DNA of 64,000 bases from an uncultured Acidimicrobiia bacterium (lineage in GTDB: Bacteria > Actinomycetota > Acidimicrobiia > Acidimicrobiales > JACDCH01), in contig CAWGFA010000007.1 in assembly GCA_963821725.1 (NCBI GenBank), positions 71,914-135,913 on the forward strand, in the 5' to 3' direction. Shown here in pieces: positions 42,541-52,646 of the stretch. The stretch's first letter is position 1; each line of letters begins with the position of its first letter. The notes below the pieces were generated by a model that worked only from the letters and a program-made list of their open reading frames with translations, was not told the origin of the DNA and searched no databases. The position numbers and the translations under genes are program-made.

Positions 42541-42616
42541 TGGAGCCCGAGAGGAGAATCGAACTCCTGACCTGCTCATTACGAGTGAGCTGCTCTGCCG
42601 TCTGAGCTACCCGGGC
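42541..42616 (-). tRNA. tRNA-Thr (anticodon CGT)
   Basis: GCCCGGG TA GCTC AGACGGCA GAGC A GCTCA CT-CGT-AA TGAGC AGGTC AGGAG TTCGATT CTCCT CTCGGGC T CCA cloverleaf. Confidence 0.97.
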
Positions 42617-42651
42617 GGGAGACGACACGGTAGTCCGGGATCGAACATCGC

Positions 42652-42719
42652 CTTCCGCCAATCTCGCTTTTTCGGAAGCAACGCGAGCTATCCTTCCGTA
42701 ATCAGCACGAAGGCGGAAG
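42652..42719. promoter_or_regulatory. two tandem palindromic sites CTTCCG-N15-CGGAAG upstream of fic
   Basis: 42652-42678 and 42693-42719, both with a 15-nt spacer. Confidence 0.6.
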
Positions 42720-42723
42720 GATC

Positions 42724-43850
42724 GTGGCCGGACGAGAACTGACGATCTCATGGCAAGGCCGGCGGGCCAAGGCATGGGTTCCTGAACCACTCGAGAGCAG
42801 GCGGCTCGTCTTGTCCGAGGCGACGGTCCGGCGAACGGAGCAGGCGGCGGCGGCCGCTCGCCGGAGCAGCGACGAGCTGCCGGCGAGATGGGAACCGCTT
42901 GCACGTCTTCTCCTTCGAGCGGAGGGAGTCGCATCGTCGTTCATCGAGGGTGTCCGAGCACCACTCCCGGATGTGGCTGCCGCAGAGCTCGACCCGACCG
43001 GCGGCGAGCCGGCGACGTGGGTAGCCGACAACCTCAGCACCGTCATGGCGGCTGTGACCGAGGCACCGACGCGCGCGGCTGTCGTTCAAGACCTTGCACC
43101 GATGGCATCGGTCGCTGATGAGCGAGGCGAGTCACCTGCCAGCAAACCAGATCGGCGCGTTTCGAACTGCCCAAGGGCTGGATCGGTGGCACCAGTCCTC
43201 TCGACGCCGCGCTGGTGACTCCTCCGCCCGGGGAGGTGTCTCGCCTCACCCGCGACCTCGTCGCGTTCGCGAACCGAACTGATGTCGATCCCATCACGCA
43301 GGCTGCGGTCGCGCACGCGCAGTTCGAGATCATCCATCCTTACGCCGACGGCAACGGCAGGATCGGGCGGGTGCTGATCGGCTGGTTGCTGACGAGGCGA
43401 CTCGATCTCGTCAGCCCTCCGCCGGTCAGCGTGCGGGTGGCCTCTGACCGAGGCGCCTACCTGGCCGGTCTCACGCAGTTCAGACTCGGTGACACAGACC
43501 CGTGGGTACGTTGGTTCGCCGAGGTCGTTCACGATGCGGCCGACGCAACAATCGATCTCGTCCGCAGGGTCGATGAGCTGCTCGGCCGATGGACCGATCG
43601 CCTGGTTGGTGTTCGCGTCGATTCGGCCGCCCGCCGCGTGTTGCCTTTGCTCCCGGAGTTCCCGGTTGTCAGCTCGGACATCGTCGCCGGCGCGCTCGAC
43701 ATCAGCGAGCGATCGGGCCGAACCGCGCTCAGCGTCTTGGCCGAGCACGGCATCGTGATCCCGTTCGGCCGTCGCTCTCATCCGGGGAGGCCGCGGCGGT
43801 GGTGGGTGGCCACCGAGCTCGTCGACCTCGTGACGAGTTGGTCGAGGTGA
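42724..43850 (+). CDS. Fic family protein with C-terminal HTH (frameshifts about 43075-43175)
   Basis: LLLRAEGVASSFIEG, AAVAHAQFEIIHPYADGNGRIGR. Confidence 0.88.
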
Positions 43851-43853
43851 GCC

Positions 43854-44921
43854 TCAGGCCGATGTCGTGACGCGAAGCACCGGAAGGCGCAGCAACAGCG
43901 CTTGCAGCAGGAGCGTCTCGTTCGGATTGCGCTCGAACGACCGATGCGCGTCGTCGACGAGCGCGATCGCCTCGACCGCGGCGCGAGGATCGAGCACCGG
44001 CGGAGACGTCGACAACGTGTCGCGGTAACTGCCCGCGAGCGTCGCGAGCCCGAACCGGATCTCGTCTGTGCGGTGCCGTCGCAGCTCCCGCCGATGGCGG
44101 TCGACGAGCTCACGCTTGCGCGACCCGCGTTCGCCATAGCGCTCGATCCGTTCCTCCAACTCCGCGACCTCGACCGCCTGACGCGCCTCCAGCGGAGCCG
44201 CCGCATCGTCGATCATCGAGCGCAGCTCGCCGATGAGTCGAGCAACGGTCGCGCCGGTGTCGTCGAGCACGTGCGGAACCGCGGCCCACGCCTGCTGGCG
44301 AAGGGAGAACCGAGGGTCGGTCGCGAGCAGTCGGGCACGTGCAAGATCACCCCCGACTGCGGCCGACACCGTCGCTGCGGTCTGCTCGTCGATGCCTTCG
44401 TCGACGAGCGCGTCCCGAAGCACCGACGGAGACAACGGGTCCACCTCGATGCGAACGCATCGCGACGCGATCGGCTCGAGCAACGCGGACACTGTCTCGG
44501 CGAGGACGACGAAGACCGTGCCGGCGGGCGGCTCCTCGATCGTCTTCAACAACTTCGCCTCGACTGCCGGCTGGACCAGGTGGAAGTCGACCAGCACCAA
44601 GACCTTGCGATCGCTCTCGACGCCGGAGCGGTTGGCCTCGCGGATGATCGAGTCGGCCTGCTCGACCGTGATGTACGGGCCGGCTCGCTCGACCTCGTGC
44701 AGGTCGGGATGCCGTCCCGAGAGCGCGAGATGAATCGCTCGCTCGGGATCGTCCGGCGCACTGGAAGCGAGCAGCGACGCAGCAAAGGCGCGCGCCAGAT
44801 CGCGCTTGCCGCTCCCGTGCGGGCCCACGAGGAGATAGGCGTGGACCGGCGATCTCGAGGCCGCCTGAAGCGCAGCCACCGCTCGCTCCTGACCGACGAC
44901 GCTCGCCCACGGATCCGTCAT
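43854..44921 (-). CDS. holB: DNA polymerase III subunit delta'
   Basis: W..VVGQ, HAYLLVGPHGSGK, HPDL, LLKTIEEPP, IASRC. topA-tmk-holB-tRNA-Thr synteny. Confidence 0.9.
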   Translation of the reverse strand: MTDPWASVVGQERAVAALQAASRSPVHAYLLVGPHGSGKRDLARAFAASLLASSAPDDPERAIHLALSGRHPDLHEVERAGPYITVEQADSIIREANRSGVESDRKVLVLVDFHLVQPAVEAKLLKTIEEPPAGTVFVVLAETVSALLEPIASRCVRIEVDPLSPSVLRDALVDEGIDEQTAATVSAAVGGDLARARLLATDPRFSLRQQAWAAVPHVLDDTGATVARLIGELRSMIDDAAAPLEARQAVEVAELEERIERYGERGSRKRELVDRHRRELRRHRTDEIRFGLATLAGSYRDTLSTSPPVLDPRAAVEAIALVDDAHRSFERNPNETLLLQALLLRLPVLRVTTSA

Positions 44922-44980
44922 GGCCGCAGTCAATCAGCCCGGACGGAATGAGGTGCGCACGCGCCACTTCCGGACTCGCC

Positions 44981-45571
44981 TCATACGGATCGCTGCAACC
45001 GGGCTTCGACCTCGGTCCACACGTGGTCGGCAACGTGGTCGACGTCGCCCGTTGCGACGATCACCACCCATCGCTCGCGATCTCGCGCCGCCAGCTCCAG
45101 GAAGCCGCTCTCGACACGCTCGTGGAAGACCTCGTCGCCGGCTTCGATGCGGTCGAGGTTGCCTTGGAGCCGCTCGCGCCGCAGCGCCGCGGGAATCGTC
45201 AACAGCACGACGAGGTCCGCCTCGGGCGCGCCGGCGAAGAGCGACAGCGATCGGACCGCATCCACATCGAGCCCTCGTCCATAACCTTGGTACGCGAGCG
45301 ACGAATAGAGATAGCGATCGGTCACCACGTGCAGGCCGCGGTCGAGGGCCGGTCCGATGACCTCGCTGCGGTGTTGCGCGCGGTCGGCCGCCATCAACAG
45401 CGCTTCTGCCCGTGGGTCGACGTCGCCGCCGTCGAGCAGCAGCGCGCGCAGCTCGGCCCCCAGTGCGGTTCCTCCGGGCTCGAACGTCAGCACCGCCCCG
45501 AGGCGCGTCGCCAGCAAGCGGGCCTGGGTCGATTTGCCCGAGCCCTCGCCGCCTTCAAACGCGATCAGCAC
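44981..45571 (-). CDS. tmk: thymidylate kinase
   Basis: IAFEGGEGSGKSTQ, EPGGT, EALLMAADRAQH, DRYLYSSLAYQG. Confidence 0.95.
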   Translation of the reverse strand: MLIAFEGGEGSGKSTQARLLATRLGAVLTFEPGGTALGAELRALLLDGGDVDPRAEALLMAADRAQHRSEVIGPALDRGLHVVTDRYLYSSLAYQGYGRGLDVDAVRSLSLFAGAPEADLVVLLTIPAALRRERLQGNLDRIEAGDEVFHERVESGFLELAARDRERWVVIVATGDVDHVADHVWTEVEARLQRSV

Positions 45572-47138
45572 CCACGTTCGCCTTCTGTGCCGACGCCATG
45601 GATCGAACCACGACCAACCCTGCGACGAAGACGATGAGCGACGCCATGTACAGCGTCAGCCGGACACCTGGCAGGAAGACCTCTTGGCCACCGGGAAGTG
45701 TGACGGTGCTGTCTGTGAACAGCGATCGGGAGATTCGGTCGAGAAGCTCCGACAGGAAAGGCCCGAGCGCGAAGGCGATCAACAGGCACAAGCGAACGAT
45801 CGTGTAGAGCGCGCTGAAGATGCGGCCCCGCAACTCGTCGTTCACGCTCTCGTGCAACAACGTGAAGCCGACGACGTAGACGGACCCCGCGCACACACCG
45901 AGTACGAACACTGGGATGAGCGCGAAGGCGAGGGTCGTCATCGATGCTGCGAAGAACAGCGAGCCCGACGCGACGAAGATCGACAGCTCGAACACGCGTG
46001 TCTTCGGCAGTCGCCCCTGTGTGACCGAGAGCAGCAAGACGCCGCCCGCGACCCCGAAGCCGAGCGCGGTGATGAACACGCCGTACCCCGCCGCACCCGC
46101 GCCGAGCACTTCCGTCGAGAAGATCGACCCGAGCGGCACCACCATTCCACCGCCGATCAAGCCGGTGGCGAGCCCGAGCATGACCGATCGAACGATCGGG
46201 TCCGAGAAGATGAAACGCCAACCCTCCTTCAGTTGTTGGAACGACTGCCCGAAGTCGACACGCTTGTCGCTGTTCTTCCTTGCTCGCGCCCGGCGCGCAG
46301 CCTCAGGCAACGCCAAGGTCGAGATCATGAATGCCGAGGTGAGGAACGTGATTGCGTCGACATAGAACGCGAGTGCCGTCTGATCGGTCTTGAGGAAGTT
46401 CAGTGTGTCGACGGTGCCGAGCCAGCGGGATGCTTGCGCGAGCAACGCGAAGAGCACGGCGGCGATCGGGAACGTGCCGTATGCCGCCGCCAGCGACAGC
46501 GAGTTCGCGGTGGTCAGCCGGTCGGTCGGAACAAGGTTGGGAACGGATGCCTCCTTGGCCGGCGACCACAGGAGCGTGCAGACCTCGAGGACGAGGGACA
46601 CGAGTACGAGGCCGAGCACGCTGTGTATGAACGGCAACGTGCAGATCATCCCCGCGCGGATGATGTCGCACGTGACCATGATCTTCTTGCGGTCGAACCG
46701 ATCGACGATGACGCCGGCGACCGGCGAGAAGAAGAAGCCGGGGATGATGCGTGCCGACATGACGAGGCCCACAGCCGCGCCGCCGGAGCCGGATCCCAAC
46801 GACGCCGCCAGGATCGTGATGGCGAGGAACCCCAACCAGTCGCCGAGCGCAGAGACGACCTGCGCGATCCACAACCGGAAGAACGCGTGACTACCGAACA
46901 GCCGAACATGCAGAGCCACCTGCGCAGGCGGCTCGACGTTCTCCTCCACGAAGCCGGGCGACGGGACGACCGGTACGTCGAGCCCAGTCGTTCCGAGCCC
47001 GACTGGACCCAAAGCGTGGTCCACGTCGTGCGCGTCGGATGGACCGGAGGAACCGCCCGGCGACTCGAGTTCTTCTGCTGATTCGGTGGACGGCGGGAAC
47101 GGATCGGCCGAAGCCCGCTTGGAGGCCGGTTCAGCCAC
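45555..47138 (-). CDS. MFS transporter (type commonly linked or fused to Tmk)
   Basis: FFRLWIAQVVSALGDW, GVIVDRFDRKKIMVTCDIIR, about 12 TM helices. Confidence 0.9.
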   Translation of the reverse strand: MAEPASKRASADPFPPSTESAEELESPGGSSGPSDAHDVDHALGPVGLGTTGLDVPVVPSPGFVEENVEPPAQVALHVRLFGSHAFFRLWIAQVVSALGDWLGFLAITILAASLGSGSGGAAVGLVMSARIIPGFFFSPVAGVIVDRFDRKKIMVTCDIIRAGMICTLPFIHSVLGLVLVSLVLEVCTLLWSPAKEASVPNLVPTDRLTTANSLSLAAAYGTFPIAAVLFALLAQASRWLGTVDTLNFLKTDQTALAFYVDAITFLTSAFMISTLALPEAARRARARKNSDKRVDFGQSFQQLKEGWRFIFSDPIVRSVMLGLATGLIGGGMVVPLGSIFSTEVLGAGAAGYGVFITALGFGVAGGVLLLSVTQGRLPKTRVFELSIFVASGSLFFAASMTTLAFALIPVFVLGVCAGSVYVVGFTLLHESVNDELRGRIFSALYTIVRLCLLIAFALGPFLSELLDRISRSLFTDSTVTLPGGQEVFLPGVRLTLYMASLIVFVAGLVVVRSMASAQKANVGADRV

Positions 47139-47201
47139 GGCTTCCGAGGTTACCGGCGCGGCTCGCGCGCTCTGGCTACCCCTCCCGGTCCGCGACCGTG
47201 G

Positions 47202-49892
47202 TCAAGACTCGGCAGTAGTCGCCGTCGTCGCAACTCTCGTGGCCGGTACCTCGTTGGCCGCCGCCTTCTTCTTGGCGGCAGCCTTCTTCACCGGCGACTT
47301 CTTCTTGGCAGCGGCCTTCTTGGCCGGCGCCTTCTTGTTGGCCGCCGCCTTCTTCGAGCTCCGCTTCGGCTTCGTCGGTGCCGTCTCGCGGCGGATCTGA
47401 AGCAACTCGCTGGCGCGCTCGATGGTGATTTCCTCGACGGTGTCGCCCTTTCGCAGCGACGCGTTGGTCTCGCCGTCGGTCACATACGGACCGAAGCGTC
47501 CGTCCTTCACCACGACGGGTTTGTCGGTGGCGGGATCGTTGCCGAGCTCGCGGAGCGGCGGCGCGGGCACGGCCCGGCGACGGCCGAACTGCTTGGGCTG
47601 AGCGAGAACGCTGCGCGCCTCGTCCATGGTGAGCGAGAAGAGCTGTTCTTCCGAGTCGAGGCTGCGGGTGTCGTCTCCCTTCTTCACGTACGGGCCGTAC
47701 CGACCGTTGGCCACGACGATGTCGACGCCGTCGTCGTCTTCGCCAACGACCCGAGGGAGGGACAACAGCCGTAGCGCGTCGTCGAGCGTGATCGTGTCGA
47801 GCGACATCGACTGGAACAGGGACGCCATCTTCGGCTTCTCGCCGTCGGGAAGCGTCTCCGCGTCGCCGAGTTGCACGTACGGACCGAAGCGTCCGTTCTT
47901 CGCGAACACCGGCAATCCCGCGTCGGGATCGAGACCAATCGGTTCGTCGCCCTTGGGTGCGTCGAGCAACTCGACGGCGCGGTCGATCGTGAGCTCGTCG
48001 AGCGCGATGCCGTCAGGCAAGGCGGCCGTGTCGTCGCCGCGCTTCACATACGGCCCGTACTTGCCGTTGCGGACGACGACGAGCTCGCCGCCTTCGTCGA
48101 CGCCCAAGGGGATCGCGTTGATCTCGGCTGGATCCGCCTCGTCGATGGCCTTGGCGCAGAGGGCCTTCACACCGGGCGTGCCGTTGCCGAACCAGAACCG
48201 CCCGAGCCACGGCTCGCGCTGCTGCTGCCGCCCCGCGATCTCGTCGAGATCGTCCTCCATGCGCGCGGTGAAGTCGTAGTCGACGAGATCGGCGAAGTGC
48301 CGTTCGAGCAGATTGACGACCGCGAACGCGTCGGTGGTCGGGACCAACGCCTGGCCCTTCTTCCACACGTAACCGCGGTCTTGGATGGTCTGCATGATCG
48401 ACGCGTACGTCGAAGGACGGCCGATGCCTCGCTCCTCGAGCGCGCGCACCAACGTCGCCTCGGTGTACCGGGCCGGTGGCTGGGTGGCGTGACCGAGGAC
48501 GTCGATGTCGGGTGCCGGCAACATCAGGCCGTCGCTCAGCTCGGGCAGCTTGGCCGAGGAGTCGCCATCGGCCTCGGCATCGTCGCCGCCGAAGCCGTAT
48601 GCCGCGAGATAGCCAGGGAAGGTGATCGTTCGGCCTGACGCGGTCCATTCGGTGGTTTCGTTCGCGGACGTCGTCGCGGCGATCCGTGCCGTCACGGTCG
48701 AGCCGCGGGCATCGGGCATCTGCGAGGCGATCGTGCGCTGCCAGATCACCTCGTAGAGCCGGAGGTCGTCGCCGCGCAACTCACCGCGCAGCTGGTCGGG
48801 AGTTCGCCACACTTCGCCCGCGGGCCGGATGGCCTCGTGCGCCTCTTGGGCGTTCTTGGACTTCCGGGTGTAGGACCGAGACGACTCAGGCAGGTACTCG
48901 GGTCCGAAGAGTTCCCGGATCTGTGATCGCGCCGCTGCCACTGCGGTATCGGACAGAGTCGTCGAGTCCGTTCGCATGTAGGTGATGTACCCACGCTCGT
49001 AGAGCCCTTGGGCCACGCGCATGATCTGTTGCGCGCTCATGCGCAACCGGCTCCCACCCACCTGTTGCAGCGACGAGGTGATGAACGGCGGCTTGGGTCG
49101 CGAGGTGTACGGCCTCGTCTCGACGGTGCGGACTGCGAACTCGGCGCCGTCGAGCCGCGCTGCCAGTCCCCGCGCCGCGGCCTCGTCGAGGACGAGGAGA
49201 TCGCCGTCGCCTCGGGGCTGGCCGAGCACGTCGAAGTCCCGTCCCTCCGCGACCTTGGCGCCGTCGACGGCGACCAGCGACGCGGTGAACGTTGGATCCG
49301 TCGGGAACGCGGCTTCGAGGTCCCAGTACGCAGCCGCGACGAAGGCCATGCGCTCGCGTTCACGTTGCACGACCAGACGGACGGCCGGCGACTGCACGCG
49401 GCCGGCAGACAACCCCGGTCGAATCTTGCGCCAGCACACCTCGGACACCGGATAGCCGAAGAGCCGATCGACGATGCGCCGGCTCTCCTGCGCGTCGACC
49501 AAGCCGTAATCGACCTCTCGCCACTGGTCGACAGCATCGGCGATCGCGTGTTGCGTGATCTCGTGGAAGACCATTCGCTTCACCGGCACCCGTGGCTTCA
49601 GCACCTCGAGCAGGTGCCACGAGATCGCTTCGCCTTCGCGATCTTCATCGGTCGCGAGGTACAGCTCATCGGCGTCACGCAAGGCTTCGCGGAGTTCCTT
49701 GATGACCTGCTTCTTGCTGGGGTGGACCTCGTAGTCGACTTTGAACCCGTTCTCGGTGTCGACGCTCAGACCCTTCGAGGGCAGGTCACGGACGTGGCCC
49801 ATCGATGCCTTGACCACGAAGTCGCGGCCGAGAAAGCCCGCGATCGTGCGCGCCTTGGCCGGCGACTCGACGATGACCAGCGATTTGGGCAT
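47202..49892 (-). CDS. topA: DNA topoisomerase I
   Basis: LVIVESPAKA, ATDEDREGE, SAGRVQS, YITYMRTDS, Toprim_C repeats GRFGPYV, Lys/Ala tail. Confidence 0.98.
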   Translation of the reverse strand: MPKSLVIVESPAKARTIAGFLGRDFVVKASMGHVRDLPSKGLSVDTENGFKVDYEVHPSKKQVIKELREALRDADELYLATDEDREGEAISWHLLEVLKPRVPVKRMVFHEITQHAIADAVDQWREVDYGLVDAQESRRIVDRLFGYPVSEVCWRKIRPGLSAGRVQSPAVRLVVQRERERMAFVAAAYWDLEAAFPTDPTFTASLVAVDGAKVAEGRDFDVLGQPRGDGDLLVLDEAAARGLAARLDGAEFAVRTVETRPYTSRPKPPFITSSLQQVGGSRLRMSAQQIMRVAQGLYERGYITYMRTDSTTLSDTAVAAARSQIRELFGPEYLPESSRSYTRKSKNAQEAHEAIRPAGEVWRTPDQLRGELRGDDLRLYEVIWQRTIASQMPDARGSTVTARIAATTSANETTEWTASGRTITFPGYLAAYGFGGDDAEADGDSSAKLPELSDGLMLPAPDIDVLGHATQPPARYTEATLVRALEERGIGRPSTYASIMQTIQDRGYVWKKGQALVPTTDAFAVVNLLERHFADLVDYDFTARMEDDLDEIAGRQQQREPWLGRFWFGNGTPGVKALCAKAIDEADPAEINAIPLGVDEGGELVVVRNGKYGPYVKRGDDTAALPDGIALDELTIDRAVELLDAPKGDEPIGLDPDAGLPVFAKNGRFGPYVQLGDAETLPDGEKPKMASLFQSMSLDTITLDDALRLLSLPRVVGEDDDGVDIVVANGRYGPYVKKGDDTRSLDSEEQLFSLTMDEARSVLAQPKQFGRRRAVPAPPLRELGNDPATDKPVVVKDGRFGPYVTDGETNASLRKGDTVEEITIERASELLQIRRETAPTKPKRSSKKAAANKKAPAKKAAAKKKSPVKKAAAKKKAAANEVPATRVATTATTAES

Positions 49893-49926
49893 TGGATCAA
49901 CACGTAGGGGCCTGAGCGCCGTCCTG

Positions 49927-50632
49927 TCAACCTGACGAACGCGGGTTCGGTCCCGACAGCGAGGCCATGTCTGCCTCCAAGGTGCTGAGAATCAAGGCCG
50001 CGAGCGCCCCTCGCGCGTGTTGTTTCGAGTGCGCGACCGCCCCCGTCCGCAGCTCGGCGAGCCGGCGCGCCGTGGCGAACGCCTCGTCGACCACGGCGTC
50101 CGCCGGCACCACACGGTCGAGATAGCCGGCCGCCGTCGCGTCCTCCGGGCCGAAGACCTGGCCGAGGAGCGCCGCGTTGAAACCCGTCGAGGTCAACCGG
50201 TAGCGGGCGAGCTCGATCGCGAACACGGGCAAACCCATGCCGATGGCGACCTCGTTCAATCCGAGCTTGTACTCGCCCGCGGCGCCGATGCGAACGTCGC
50301 TGGCGAGCAAGAGCAGCGACCCCATGGCGAGCGCGTGCCCGGTGCAGGCGCACACGACCGGCATCGGATGCGTGAACAAACGCATCAGCACTTCCGCACC
50401 TCTCGTGACCAGCTCGCGCATCTGATCTTCGCCGGAGGTCATGACCGAAAGATCGAAGCCCGCGGAGAACCGACCCGGCCGGCCGGTGAGCAACACGGCC
50501 GCACTGCTGCTCGCGCGCTCGGTTGAGTCCGGCGTCGATGCCGGCGAGGACGTCGAGTGTGATGGCGTTTGCCTTGCCGTCGTCGAGTCCGATGACCGCG
50601 ATCGAATCGTCTTGTCCGAAGGAGACCGTCAC
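49927..50632 (-). CDS. crotonase/enoyl-CoA hydratase family protein (frameshift near 50505)
   Basis: [39 protein letters not shown]. Confidence 0.87.
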
Positions 50633-50657
50633 GATCGAGGAACCTAGTGTGCGCTCC

Positions 50658-51899
50658 ATGGACTTCTCGCTGTCGCCCACCGCCAGCCGGCTCCGCGATG
50701 AGCTCGTCGAGTTCATGGAAGACCACGTCTATCCCGCCGAGCCGGTGTTCCGCGAACAGCTCGAGGCGTCAGGGGATCCGCACGCTCATCCTCCGGTGAT
50801 GGAGGAGCTCAAGGCCGAAGCTCGCAACCGGGGATTGTGGAACCTCTTCCTTCCGCACAAGACGCAGTGGACCGAAGGTCTGTCGAACCTCGACTACGCG
50901 CCGCTGGCCGAGATCATGGGGCGCTCGGGCATCGCGTCCGAAGCGTGCAACTGCTCGGCGCCCGACACCGGCAACATGGAGTTGCTCGCGATGTTCGGTA
51001 CGGCCGAGCAGCAGGAGCAATGGCTCCAACCGCTGCTCGAAGGCGAGATCCGCTCGGCGTTCGCGATGACCGAACCGGCGGTGGCGTCTTCCGACGCCAC
51101 GAACATCGAGTGCCGCATCGCGGCCGATGGCGACGACTACGTGATCAACGGTCGCAAGTGGTGGATCTCCGGCGCGGCCGACCCGCGCTGCCGCCTCTAC
51201 ATCCTCATGGGGAAGACCGATCCGGATGGTCCACGCCACGTGCAACAGTCGATGGTTCTCGTTCCGAACGACGCGCCGGGCATCACCAACGTGCGCGCGC
51301 TACCGGTGTTCGGTTACCAGGACCGTGAAGGACACTGTGAGCTCGTCTTCGACGACGTGCGGGTGCCGCGTTCGAGCATCCTCGGCGACGAGGGCGGTGG
51401 GTTCGCCATGGCACAGGCCCGACTCGGACCAGGCCGCATCCACCACTGCATGCGCACGATCGGCGCGGCCGAGCGAGCGCTCGAACTGTTGTGCCGGCGG
51501 GCGCAGTCACGCACCGCTTTCGGCAAGCCACTCGCGGAGCAGGGCGTGATTCAAACGTGGGTCGCCGATGCCCGCATCGACATCGACCAGGCGCGGCTCT
51601 ACACGTACTACGCCGCGTGGCTCATGGACACGCAGGGCAACAAGGCCGCCCGCACCGAGATCTCCGGCATCAAGGTGGCCGTGCCCCACATGGCACTGCA
51701 GATCATCGACCACGCCATTCAGGCGCACGGTGCCGCCGGTATCGGCGACGACTTCGGCCTGTCCTCGCTCTATGCGCACATCCGAACACTCCGTCTCGCC
51801 GACGGCCCGGACGAGGTGCACCGCATGACGATCGCGCGTCGAGAGCTGCGCAAGTACGCCGACGTCGGAGAAGCGGCCGCCGCGAGCCCCGCCCGCTAA
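50658..51899 (+). CDS. acyl-CoA dehydrogenase
   Basis: [59 protein letters not shown]. Confidence 0.95.
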   Translation: MDFSLSPTASRLRDELVEFMEDHVYPAEPVFREQLEASGDPHAHPPVMEELKAEARNRGLWNLFLPHKTQWTEGLSNLDYAPLAEIMGRSGIASEACNCSAPDTGNMELLAMFGTAEQQEQWLQPLLEGEIRSAFAMTEPAVASSDATNIECRIAADGDDYVINGRKWWISGAADPRCRLYILMGKTDPDGPRHVQQSMVLVPNDAPGITNVRALPVFGYQDREGHCELVFDDVRVPRSSILGDEGGGFAMAQARLGPGRIHHCMRTIGAAERALELLCRRAQSRTAFGKPLAEQGVIQTWVADARIDIDQARLYTYYAAWLMDTQGNKAARTEISGIKVAVPHMALQIIDHAIQAHGAAGIGDDFGLSSLYAHIRTLRLADGPDEVHRMTIARRELRKYADVGEAAAASPAR

Positions 51900-51954
51900 T
51901 CTCCCGAAACCCCCCGGTTGCGCGCGGCCCGTCCCACGTCGGGACAGAGGAGAT

Positions 51955-52626
51955 GTGATGCGGAAGTTCTTGGCGTGTTCGCTCGTCGGTGTCGTCGTGT
52001 TCGGCGGCGTGCTGGCCGCGTGTGGTGGCGGAAGCAGCAGCAGCGGGAGCCAGCAGGAGTTCTGTGATGCGTTGAAGAAGGACGTCGGCGCGTTCAGCGA
52101 CCTGTCCGACCAATCCGACCTGACGAACTCACAGAGTCAGTCGATCGCGCAGGCCGCGTTCGACGACCTGGCCAAGAAAGCGCCGAGCGAGATCAAAGGC
52201 GACATGCAGACCGTCGCCAACGGTGTGAAGTCCGCCTTCTCGGCTGCCGATCAGTTCAGCTCGGCTGCGAAGTCGAGTGACTTCAGCAAGCTGAGTGACC
52301 TCGACAAGCAGTTCTCCGACCAGAACAAGGGGATCGACCAGGCCGAGCAGAACATCGAGAAGTACGCGAAGGACAAGTGCGGCGTCGACCTCTCGAGCAG
52401 TTCGACCTCGTCGAGTAGCACCGAGTCAGCGAGCTCGTCGAGCAATCGGTTGAGCAACCTGAGCGACCTCAGCAACCTCAGCGATCTGTCCGGCCTCACG
52501 AGCAACCTCTCGGACCTCAGCAACCTCAGCGATCTGTCCAGCCTCTCGAGCAACCTCTCGGACCTCAGCAGCCTCACGGACCTCAGCTCGCTCACGTCCG
52601 CATTCAGCTCACTGTTCAGCCGCTGA
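51955..52626 (+). CDS. lipoprotein with C-terminal Ser/Leu tripeptide repeats
   Basis: Lipobox VLAAC, EFC...APSEIKGD...YAKDKCG, GAGGAG RBS. Confidence 0.8.
   Translation: MMRKFLACSLVGVVVFGGVLAACGGGSSSSGSQQEFCDALKKDVGAFSDLSDQSDLTNSQSQSIAQAAFDDLAKKAPSEIKGDMQTVANGVKSAFSAADQFSSAAKSSDFSKLSDLDKQFSDQNKGIDQAEQNIEKYAKDKCGVDLSSSSTSSSSTESASSSSNRLSNLSDLSNLSDLSGLTSNLSDLSNLSDLSSLSSNLSDLSSLTDLSSLTSAFSSLFSR
52453..52596 (+). repeat. 3 x 48-bp in-frame tandem repeat
   Basis: Units at 52453, 52501 and 52549 encode SNLSDLSNLSDLSGLT / SNLSDLSNLSDLSSLS / SNLSDLSSLTDLSSLT. Confidence 0.9.
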
Positions 52627-52646
52627 GCGCCGCCTGTCCTCAGGCG

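Larger units (their letters stand above)
21501..42590. mobile_element. putative ~21 kb genomic island integrated at tRNA-Thr(CGT), no integrase seen
   Basis: Bounded by the intact tRNA 3' end and a degenerate direct repeat. Accessory cargo and several gene remnants inside. Confidence 0.6.

Noticed and set aside
47210-47370. Repetitive KKAAA-encoding sequence
   Set aside because: Known Lys/Ala-rich C-terminal tail of actinobacterial TopA.
52453-52596. Tandem repeats as a possible CRISPR array
   Set aside because: The repeats are contiguous and in-frame with no unique spacers, and no cas genes are in the window.
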